Origin: Betaproteobacteria bacterium
GTDB taxonomy: Bacteria; Pseudomonadota; Gammaproteobacteria; Burkholderiales; Ga0077523
Length of the DNA: 54,979 nt
Reading direction: 5' to 3'
NCBI GenBank assembly: GCA_031393885.1
Contig: JANMWG010000286.1
Span: 1-54,979, forward strand
The number at the start of each line of letters is the position of its first letter. Within the stretch, counting starts at the first letter, position 1. The notes beneath the pieces were generated by a model. It saw nothing but the letters and a program-made list of their open reading frames with translations. It was not told the origin of the DNA and ran no database searches. A program made the position numbers and the translations under genes. Positions 9,325 to 17,423 of this stretch are shown one piece after another.

Positions 9325-11562
9325 TCATCCATGGGCGGCTGAACCCGTGTTGGCGCCGATGCGCGCCGTCGCTGCGGTCGCCGGCAGCACCACGGTCACC
9401 TTCGCGCCATGCGGTTCGATGTTCTCGAGGAGGATGGTGCCGTGGTGCTCCTCGACGATCTTGTGAACGATCGCGAGCCCAAGCCCGGTGCCCTTCGGCT
9501 TGGTGGTGACATACGGTTCGAACGCCGACCCCATCAGCTCCGGCGGAAAGCCGTTGCCATTGTCGGTCACGCTCAACGCGACACCGCCCTCGAATCGCCC
9601 GAGTCGGACCGAGATTCGCGGCAATGAGCTGGCACCGACGGCGTCCTCGGCGTTGCGGAGCAGGTTGTGCAACACCTGCCGCAGCTTGGTCGCGTCGCCG
9701 AGCACCTGGGGCAATCGGGGTTCGACCGACAATGCCATCGCCCAACCCATCGATTCGTAAAGTCCGAGCACCTCCCGGGTCAAGATACCGAGATCGACCG
9801 GGCTGAGTTCCGCTTCGGGCGAGCGGGCATATTGGCTGAATGCGTCCACCATGCTGTTCAGGGCAGAGACCTGGTTGACGATCGTCTGCGTGAGGCGGGA
9901 AAGCATGTCGCCGTCCATGGCGTCGAGCTTGCCATGCAGCCGGTGTTGCAGGCGTTCCGCCGACAACTGGATCGGCGTGAGCGGATTCTTGATCTCGTGC
10001 GCCAGACGGCGCGCCACTTCGCCCCACGCCGCCTGGCGCTGCGCGCGCAGCAGTCGAGTGACGTCATCGAACACGACGACGTATACGCCGGGTCCGGTCT
10101 GGGCGATCTGCGATGCCCGCGTCAGCAACGTGAGTTCGCCCTGCGCCGCGGGGTAGGCAATCTGGCCCTGCCAGTCGCGCTCGAGCAGGGTCGGCAATGC
10201 CGCACTGAGCGGCTCCGCAACCGCCGCAAGGCGTTCATCGGCGGCCCGCCATTCCTCGACGCCGTGACCGACCAGGCGCTCGAGATTCACGCCCAGGATC
10301 CGGCTCGCGCTCGGGTTCGCGGATCTCAGCCGTCGATCCGCATCCAGTGAAATCACGCCTGCCGACAGGTTTCCGAGAATGCTCTCCAGTGCGGTCTTGG
10401 CTTCCTCGAGTTGCGCCTGGTAGCGCTCGGTCTGTCCCTGCGAGACGGCAAGGTCGCGCATCATGGCGTTGAACGATTGCGTCAACAGCCCGAGTTCGTC
10501 GTAGCTGCGAACCGCCGTACGCTGGCTGAAGTCGCCCTGGGCGACGGCGCGAGTCCCCTCCGCCAGAATCCCGAGTGGCGCCGACAGCCTCTGACTGAAG
10601 AAGATTGCCAGCAGGAGCGCCGAAAGCAGGGCGAGCAACAAGGCCAGGGTGAGCGTAAGACCGAACAGCCGCTTCAGGCCGAGACGGGACAACGACAGTT
10701 CCTGGTACTCGGCGGAAGCGGACCGCACCGCCTCGGCATTGCTCGCCACCTGGTCGGTCACGCGCTGGACCAGCGCCAGTGCCAGTACCTCACCTTCGGG
10801 GGTGTTGAGCGGGACCACGACCCGCAGGAGCAAGCCGCCCTCGGGCCGGGCGATGATGGCGCTGTACGACTTCTGCAGGCGGATGTCGCGCATGGCCGCC
10901 GACGATGGCATCTCCGGCACCAGGCCGGTGGTCTCGTCACCCGAGAACGCCAGCACCTGGCCCGACCCGCTGATGACCGCCGCCTCCTGGACTGCGGCCT
11001 GCTCGCGCAGCGCGTTGAGGGCATTGATGCGGTCGCGTGGCGCGCGGTCCGACAGCGAAACGGCCATGGTCACCGCCTTGCCGCGCAGATCCCTGAGCAT
11101 GCTGTCGAGCACATTGCGCCCGAGTGAAAGGCCGCCTTCCAGGGCCTTCTCGACCCTGACGTCGAACCAGCCGTCGATCGAACGCGCGAGGAACTGCACC
11201 GATACCGCGTAGACAAGCGCGCCCGGCAGCACCGCAACCAGCGAGAACAGCAACACCAGCCGCATCGTGAGCTTCGAGCCGAACACCCGCTGCTTGAGGC
11301 GCCGCCTCAGGATCAGCAACTGATACCCGGTGAACACGAGCAATACCAGGACCGCACACACACCGCCCAGCAACAGTTGCGGCAGGGATGAGGCGAACAT
11401 CGGCGTGTTGCTGCTCGCCGTGGACAGCAGGAACAGCAGTGCAACGCCGAGGGCGATCACCAGTACCGCCAGCACCTTGCCACCCCGCGAAGCCATCGCG
11501 ACCCGCATCCGGCGCAGGCGCGAGGTCACGGCTTCGGCCTCCGAACCATTGCCCGAGAGCAT
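9325..11562 (-). CDS. ntrY: NtrY-type sensor histidine kinase (TM, HAMP, PAS, HisKA and HATPase domains)
   Basis: 745 aa with hydrophobic N-terminal helices. It has the H-box LAHEIKNPLTPIQLSAERL and the ATPase motifs DNGNGF and GTGLGLAIV. The start could be an internal Met (aa 19 or 23). Confidence 0.88.
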   Translation of the reverse strand: MLSGNGSEAEAVTSRLRRMRVAMASRGGKVLAVLVIALGVALLFLLSTASSNTPMFASSLPQLLLGGVCAVLVLLVFTGYQLLILRRRLKQRVFGSKLTMRLVLLFSLVAVLPGALVYAVSVQFLARSIDGWFDVRVEKALEGGLSLGRNVLDSMLRDLRGKAVTMAVSLSDRAPRDRINALNALREQAAVQEAAVISGSGQVLAFSGDETTGLVPEMPSSAAMRDIRLQKSYSAIIARPEGGLLLRVVVPLNTPEGEVLALALVQRVTDQVASNAEAVRSASAEYQELSLSRLGLKRLFGLTLTLALLLALLSALLLAIFFSQRLSAPLGILAEGTRAVAQGDFSQRTAVRSYDELGLLTQSFNAMMRDLAVSQGQTERYQAQLEEAKTALESILGNLSAGVISLDADRRLRSANPSASRILGVNLERLVGHGVEEWRAADERLAAVAEPLSAALPTLLERDWQGQIAYPAAQGELTLLTRASQIAQTGPGVYVVVFDDVTRLLRAQRQAAWGEVARRLAHEIKNPLTPIQLSAERLQHRLHGKLDAMDGDMLSRLTQTIVNQVSALNSMVDAFSQYARSPEAELSPVDLGILTREVLGLYESMGWAMALSVEPRLPQVLGDATKLRQVLHNLLRNAEDAVGASSLPRISVRLGRFEGGVALSVTDNGNGFPPELMGSAFEPYVTTKPKGTGLGLAIVHKIVEEHHGTILLENIEPHGAKVTVVLPATAATARIGANTGSAAHG

Positions 11563-11641
11563 GCAGCCTCGTGTCGGCCTCCGATGCCGCTCGACCGAGT
11601 GCCGATCCCCTCGCTGCGCGCGGGGCCCCGCGTCACGTGTC

Positions 11642-12241
11642 TCACGGCTTCACCGTCCAGCGATACCAGTCGGAGGCGAGGTTCCAGCCACGGGAACCGA
11701 TGGCATTGATCTGGAACGGCTTCGGCAACTGGGAGGTGTCCAGCCGCATGCGGATCTGCGCACTGTAGGCGGTGCCGGCTTCGAGATCATCGCGAGCCGC
11801 GACGAAGCGGCCGCGTATGTGACCCATCACCGCTAGCGCCTCTTGCAGGGTGTCCACGTTCTGGGCCAGGGCGCCGGCAGCGACCCGATACTGACGGGTG
11901 AGAGCATTGTAGGTGAGACGAAAACGCTGTTCGAACCCCGACACGGTCCGATTCCAGAGGCTGAGCAAGTACCAGCGTTCGTAGACCATCTCGAATTCGG
12001 TGACGAAATTGAGCGCCACGCCTTTCGCCAGGGCATCCTCGAGGGTGTGCCCGAGTTCGATCTGGAATACGGCGTCGAGATCGTAGCCGTCGCTCCCGAG
12101 CCCGATCTCGGCGGAGCGCACGTCGATCGACGGGTCGGCGGCACCGAAGGCGAACCCCGGCGGGGCGCCCACGCAAAGCGACAGCAGCAACAGCAGCAGG
12201 CTAGCGCGGAGTCTTCTGCAGTAGCGCGTAATAGAAACCAT
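11642..12241 (-). CDS. DUF4390-family secreted protein (conserved partner of the rsmB/ntrYX locus)
   Basis: This is the C-terminal 199 aa of ORF 11642..12643. The ATG at 12241 gives MVSITRYCRRLRASLLLLLLSLCVGAPPGFAFG, which looks like a signal peptide. The family assignment rests on its position between rsmB and ntrY and on my recollection of PF14334. It overlaps the rsmB 3' end by 41 nt. Confidence 0.7.
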   Translation of the reverse strand: MVSITRYCRRLRASLLLLLLSLCVGAPPGFAFGAADPSIDVRSAEIGLGSDGYDLDAVFQIELGHTLEDALAKGVALNFVTEFEMVYERWYLLSLWNRTVSGFEQRFRLTYNALTRQYRVAAGALAQNVDTLQEALAVMGHIRGRFVAARDDLEAGTAYSAQIRMRLDTSQLPKPFQINAIGSRGWNLASDWYRWTVKP

Positions 12242-13472
12242 CGTTATCGCGGCTCGGCAGCAGCTGGCCGGCGGTGGCGGGAAGCCCCGGCATGGCGATT
12301 GCGGCGGCGTCGGCATGCGCAGCCACAAACGCGGCGAGCGTGTCCCGGTTTTCCTCCGCGAATACCGAGCAGGTGGCATAAAGCAATTTACCACCCGGCA
12401 CCAGCACCTGCCACAACGCAGCCAGTAGTTGTCGCTGCGTCTGCGCGAACGAAGCGATGTCGGATTCACGGCGCAACCACTTGGCGTCCGGATGGCGGCG
12501 GACGATGCCCGAAGCCGTACATGGTGCGTCCAGTAGCACCCGATCGAAAGCGACGCCATCCCACCATGTCGACGTGTCGGAAGCGTCGGCCACGGCGGTA
12601 GCCGCCGCCAGGCCCAGACGTTCGAGATTGCGGCGGGCATCACCCAGACGAGCCCCGTCCCGATCCAGCGCCAACAGCGAAACGTCCGCCAGCTCTAGCA
12701 TGTGGGCCGTCTTGCCACCGGGCGCCGCGCAGGCGTCCAGCACTTTTTGGCCATCCCGCAGGTCCAGCAGTTGCGCGGCATATTGCGCCCCGGCGTCCTG
12801 AATCGACGCCAGTCCGGTCGCGAATCCCGGCAATGCTGCGGATGGAACCGGTTTCAGGAGCGTGATCGCGCCGTGCGGCTGGATACGCGCTTCCATGCCC
12901 GCCTCCGCAAGGAGCTGTTGGTAGGTCATCGAATCGATACGACGGCGATTCACCCGCACGCTCATCGGTGGCCGGTCCAGTCCTTGTCCGAGAATCTCGT
13001 CGGCCTCGACCGGATATTGTCGTCGCAGCCGCTCGATCCACCAGTCCGGGTGCGACCAGCGCCCCATCGGAGAACGCGCGGCAGCCGTCAGCAAAGCCGG
13101 TCGCTCACGCTGAAAGCGGCGCAACGTGGCGTTGACGAAACCCGCAGCCTGGCGCGCGCCGCCCGCTCTTACCGCTGCCACCGCATGATTCACGATCGCG
13201 TGCGGTGCTGCCCGGGTGTGAATCAACTGATACAACGCGACCAGAATCAGGGACTCGACGCCACGATCGCTCACCCCGCGCTCGGCCAGCAACCCCAGAA
13301 TCTTGCGCAGGGAGCCGAGGTGACGCAGCGTGCCCTGGGTCAAATCGCGCAGCGCGCCTTGCTGGGAGGGCGTGAACGAATGGAGGTCGATCCCGCCCGC
13401 GATATGCGCCAGGCTGTGACCGCCGAGAACGGTGGCGACATTGATCGCGGCGGCACGCTGGACCTCGATCAC
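12201..13472 (-). CDS. rsmB: 16S rRNA (cytosine967-C5)-methyltransferase
   Basis: 423 aa with a GTG start. It has a NusB-like N-terminal domain, the SAM motif DACAAPGGKT, and DAPCTASG plus YATCS catalytic Cys motifs. Confidence 0.92.
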   Translation of the reverse strand: MIEVQRAAAINVATVLGGHSLAHIAGGIDLHSFTPSQQGALRDLTQGTLRHLGSLRKILGLLAERGVSDRGVESLILVALYQLIHTRAAPHAIVNHAVAAVRAGGARQAAGFVNATLRRFQRERPALLTAAARSPMGRWSHPDWWIERLRRQYPVEADEILGQGLDRPPMSVRVNRRRIDSMTYQQLLAEAGMEARIQPHGAITLLKPVPSAALPGFATGLASIQDAGAQYAAQLLDLRDGQKVLDACAAPGGKTAHMLELADVSLLALDRDGARLGDARRNLERLGLAAATAVADASDTSTWWDGVAFDRVLLDAPCTASGIVRRHPDAKWLRRESDIASFAQTQRQLLAALWQVLVPGGKLLYATCSVFAEENRDTLAAFVAAHADAAAIAMPGLPATAGQLLPSRDNDGFYYALLQKTPR

Positions 13473-13487
13473 GGCGGCCGGCTCATT

Positions 13488-14435
13488 TCACCTGCCGTCG
13501 CCGAACTGGTCGCCTGCCATCAGCGGGTGCCCGCGCAGGAACGCGGGAACCGGGAGCCGCCGCCCGCCCTCGCGTTGAAGTTCCTGGATGATCAGCACCG
13601 AACCCTGCCCGCAGGCCACATGCAAGCCGGCATCGCTGATCCGGACGATCCGGCCAGGATCGGTGGTTTCGTCGGTGATGTCTGGTTCGATCACTGCCCG
13701 CCATACCTTGACCCTGTCGTCACCCAGTTGCGCGTGGGCGCCAGGTACCGGATCGAATGCCCGGATCACCCGGTCGAGATGAATCGCCGGCTCGGCCCAG
13801 CGCACTACCGCGTCTTCTCTACGCACCTTGGCCGCATACGAGACGGCGATGGTGTCCTGCGCAATCGCCTGCATCGACCCGCCAGCCAGGTTCTCCAGTA
13901 CCGTCACCAGCGCAACGGTACCGACCTGGGCAAGGCGGTCGTGGAGCGTGCCCGCGGTTTCACGAGCCGCGATCGGAATCGCTTCGCGACAAAAAACCGG
14001 ACCGGTATCCAGTCCCGCCTCCATGCGCATGATGCAGACGCCGGACTCCGCATCGCCGGCCAATAGCGCCCGCTGTATGGGCGCCGCGCCCCGCCATCGC
14101 GGCAGCAGCGACGCATGGACGTTCAAGCAACCGAGCGGGAACAGGTCGAGCACCGCTTGTGGCAGCAGCAACCCGTAGGCCACCACGACCATGACCACCG
14201 CCTCGGTGGACCTGAGCGCTTCGAGGATATCGGGCGATTTGAGGGTTATGGGCTGAGCAACCGCAAGCCCTCGACGCGCGGCGATCTGTTTCACTTCGCT
14301 GGCCAAAGGCTTCAGACCGCGCCCTGCCGCACGGTCGGGTTGCGTCAACACCAACGCCACATCGTGGCCTGCCCTTAGCAGGCCATCCAGTGACACGGCG
14401 GCAAACCGTGGAGTCCCTGCGAAAACGAGGCGCAA
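13488..14435 (-). CDS. fmt: methionyl-tRNA formyltransferase
   Basis: 315 aa with a TTG start. The sequence reads MRLVFAGTPRFA...LVLTQPDRAAGRG...NVHASLLPRWRGAAPIQ. Confidence 0.95.
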   Translation of the reverse strand: MRLVFAGTPRFAAVSLDGLLRAGHDVALVLTQPDRAAGRGLKPLASEVKQIAARRGLAVAQPITLKSPDILEALRSTEAVVMVVVAYGLLLPQAVLDLFPLGCLNVHASLLPRWRGAAPIQRALLAGDAESGVCIMRMEAGLDTGPVFCREAIPIAARETAGTLHDRLAQVGTVALVTVLENLAGGSMQAIAQDTIAVSYAAKVRREDAVVRWAEPAIHLDRVIRAFDPVPGAHAQLGDDRVKVWRAVIEPDITDETTDPGRIVRISDAGLHVACGQGSVLIIQELQREGGRRLPVPAFLRGHPLMAGDQFGDGR

Positions 14436-14444
14436 GACGGATCG

Positions 14445-14948
14445 CTACCGGGGTCGCCGCGACTGTTTGCCAAGTTTGGCGGCGATGCGCATTTGCTTGA
14501 GTCGCGACAAGTACTCCACGAACACCCGTCCTTCCAGATGGTCCATCTCGTGCTGGAGGCAAACCGACAGGAGGCCACCGGCGGCGATATCCCGGCTGTC
14601 ACCGTTTGCGTCCTGCGCACGGATCACCACCTGATCGAATCGACTCACCCGTTCGTAGATTCCGGGCACGGAAAGGCACCCTTCATCGAGTTCGGATTCA
14701 CCAACGCCCTCGACCAGGACAGGGTTCACGATCACCATGAGCTGGTCGCGGGACTCGGAAACATCCACCACCAGAACGCGTCTGTGCGCGTCGACCTGGG
14801 TCGCCGCGAGGCCGATGCCCGACGCGTCGTACATGGTCTGGGCGAGGTCGCGGACCAGCGAGTGGAGTTCCCCATCGAAGCGGGTAACGGCACGGGCGAC
14901 GGTATGAAGCCTGGAATCAGGGTACTTCAGGATCGGCAGGACAGGCAT
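14445..14948 (-). CDS. def: peptide deformylase
   Basis: 167 aa with GIGLAATQV, EGCLSVPG and HEMDHL motifs. Confidence 0.96.
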   Translation of the reverse strand: MPVLPILKYPDSRLHTVARAVTRFDGELHSLVRDLAQTMYDASGIGLAATQVDAHRRVLVVDVSESRDQLMVIVNPVLVEGVGESELDEGCLSVPGIYERVSRFDQVVIRAQDANGDSRDIAAGGLLSVCLQHEMDHLEGRVFVEYLSRLKQMRIAAKLGKQSRRPR

Positions 14949-15055
14949 AAAAGCTTGCTAAGTGAGTCGATTACGATCAAAATCTAAAGCAGAATATAGT
15001 AAAGATGCGCAAACTCGGAGACTCTCGCATCAACTTCCGTGGCCCAGAGGTGGGG

Positions 15056-16213
15056 ATGCACATGCACCATTCAATCATATCGGCAGTCGTGGGATTCTCG
15101 TTGGTTCTCGCTTCGGTGGCGAGCGTCCTGGCTGAAGAGCAACCACTCGATATGGTGGATAACCCGCCGGGTCGCTATGTGGTCGTCAAGGGCGATACGC
15201 TGTGGGGTATCTCCAAGCGTTTCCTCAAGAGTCCGTGGCGCTGGCCGGATCTGTGGGGCATGAACAAGGACGAAATCCGTAATCCGCACCTGATCTATCC
15301 GGGCAATGTTCTGATCCTCGATACCAGCGGGGGTATCCCGCGCCTCCGACTGGAAGGTGACGGCGTCGCTGGCGGCAATCAGGGCGGTGCCGTCGGCAGT
15401 ACCGTCAAACTGTCACCGAAGATTCGCTCCGACCTGCTCTCCGCCACGCCGGTGCCGAGCATCTCGTCGAGCATCATCGGACCGTTCCTGAACCGGCCCT
15501 TGATCGTCGCGCAGGATCAGTTCGAGAAAGCCCCTCGAATCGTCGCGACTCAGGAAAACCGTGTCGTGTTGGGCATCGGCGATTCCGCATTCGTCAAAGG
15601 CCTGCCGGCCGACAGCGCGTTGATCTGGCAAGTCTACCGTCCGGGAAAACCGCTGCGCGACCCGATCTCGGGCGAATTGCTTGGCAATGAAGTGATCTAC
15701 CTCGGCGACGTCCGGGTGCGTGAGTTCGGCGAGATTTCCTCGGTGAGCGTGGTGTCGGCGCGACAGGAGATCGGGACCGGCGACAGGCTGGTGCAGGCCC
15801 CGGCGTCCGATGTGCGGTCTTACATGCCGCGACCGGCCAAAGCGGGGATGAACGGTATCGTGATGTCCGCCGCCGACAACGTGATCTCCGAAATCGGGCA
15901 ACAGCAGGTCGTCGTGATCAACCGCGGGGCCCGCGAAGGGATCGAGGTCGGAAGCGTGTTTGCTCTCTATCGCACCGGCCGCGCGGTGGTGCCGCGCAGC
16001 CTGCCCCGCAGCATGACGAACGATGAGGCGCGCAAGTCGGTGAGTTCGGTCTACAGCGAAAACAAGAAAGCCGACAACGCCGGTCCGGTGGTGCTTCCCG
16101 ACCAGCGATACGGGCTAGTGTTCGTGTTTCGGGTATTCGAGAAAGTCTCCTACGCGCTTATCATGAACACGTCCCGACCGGTGAACCTGCTCGACATCGT
16201 TCAGGCGCCCTGA
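15056..16213 (+). CDS. LysM peptidoglycan-binding domain protein (secreted)
   Basis: ORF 15005..16213. Met at 15056 gives MHMHHSIISAVVGFSLVLASVASVLA (signal peptide), followed by the LysM motif YVVVKGDTLWGISKRFL...YPGNVLIL. Confidence 0.82.
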   Translation: MHMHHSIISAVVGFSLVLASVASVLAEEQPLDMVDNPPGRYVVVKGDTLWGISKRFLKSPWRWPDLWGMNKDEIRNPHLIYPGNVLILDTSGGIPRLRLEGDGVAGGNQGGAVGSTVKLSPKIRSDLLSATPVPSISSSIIGPFLNRPLIVAQDQFEKAPRIVATQENRVVLGIGDSAFVKGLPADSALIWQVYRPGKPLRDPISGELLGNEVIYLGDVRVREFGEISSVSVVSARQEIGTGDRLVQAPASDVRSYMPRPAKAGMNGIVMSAADNVISEIGQQQVVVINRGAREGIEVGSVFALYRTGRAVVPRSLPRSMTNDEARKSVSSVYSENKKADNAGPVVLPDQRYGLVFVFRVFEKVSYALIMNTSRPVNLLDIVQAP

Positions 16214-16249
16214 CCGCTTAGGGATGCGGCCGCGAGCGGCGCGGCGGGC

Positions 16250-17329
16250 ATGACCATGAGTGCCGAACTAGTCGATTGGTTGCGCCTGACTCTCACCCCG
16301 GGAGTCGGTCCTGCGGCGGCGCGTACGCTGCTTGCTGCTTTCGGTTCACCGGAAGCAGTCCTGAACGCGGGTGCCCCTCTCCTGCGACAACGTGTTGCGC
16401 GCGAGATCGCCGATGCCGTCGTGGCCGGGCCGCCGAAAGATGTGGTCGAGATCGCTTGCCGCTGGGCCGAGACGCCGGGCAATCACATCCTTACCCTGGG
16501 AGATACCGCCTACCCGCGACCGCTCCTGGAGACAGCGGACCCGCCGGTGCTGCTGTATGCAAAGGGACGCCTCGAATTGCTCGATAACAACGCCATCGCC
16601 GTGGTGGGCAGCCGTAACGCCACACCTCAAGGTATGGCGACGGCCCGGAACTTCTCCCGGTCCCTGGGTGACGCCGGACTGACGATCGTGAGCGGCCTGG
16701 CGCTCGGTATCGATACCGCCGCACACGAAGGTGGGCTGCTGTCACGCAGCTCGACAATTGCCGTGGCCGGTACCGGGCTCGATACCGTCTACCCCTCCCG
16801 CAACCGCGAGCTTGCGCATCGGATCGTCGCGGACGGCTTGCTGCTATCCGAGTTCCCGCTCGGTACCGGCGTCGCAGCCTGGAACTTCCCGCGCCGAAAC
16901 CGGCTGATCAGCGGGCTCGCACGCGGCGTACTGGTGGTTGAAGCGGCGGTGCGAAGCGGCTCGTTGACAACCGCGCGTCTGGCCGCCGAACAGGGGCGGG
17001 AAGTGTTCGCGATCCCCGGATCGATCCACTCGCCGGTATCGCGGGGATGCCATGCCCTCATCAGGCAAGGGGCGAAACTGGCCGAGAGCGCCGAAGACGT
17101 GCTCGAGGAGTTGCGTATGCAATGGACCCCGGTCATGCCTGCGCCGATAGACAAGCCCGCCGCCGACGACCCGATCCTGCACCAACTCGGGCACGATCCG
17201 TGTACCCTCGACCAATTGGCGCTTCGAACCGGGTTGCCTGCCGAAGTGCTGAGCGCAAGACTGCTCGAACTCGAGCTGGCCGGCGCCGTCGCGACGTTGC
17301 CTGGAAATCGCGTGCAGCGAATGCCCTGA
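16250..17329 (+). CDS. dprA: DNA-processing protein DprA (Smf)
   Basis: 359 aa with a Rossmann-like core containing VVGSRNATPQG, GLALGIDTAAHEG and VEAAVRSGSLTTA. Confidence 0.92.
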   Translation: MTMSAELVDWLRLTLTPGVGPAAARTLLAAFGSPEAVLNAGAPLLRQRVAREIADAVVAGPPKDVVEIACRWAETPGNHILTLGDTAYPRPLLETADPPVLLYAKGRLELLDNNAIAVVGSRNATPQGMATARNFSRSLGDAGLTIVSGLALGIDTAAHEGGLLSRSSTIAVAGTGLDTVYPSRNRELAHRIVADGLLLSEFPLGTGVAAWNFPRRNRLISGLARGVLVVEAAVRSGSLTTARLAAEQGREVFAIPGSIHSPVSRGCHALIRQGAKLAESAEDVLEELRMQWTPVMPAPIDKPAADDPILHQLGHDPCTLDQLALRTGLPAEVLSARLLELELAGAVATLPGNRVQRMP

Positions 17330-17423
17330 AACAACCGGCGCGACGATCCCGGCTTGCACCTGCCGATTTCGTGCGTTTATCATTCGGCGCCTTTGCCGGA
17401 CATCCCCGCGCCCGGCCAGTCTC

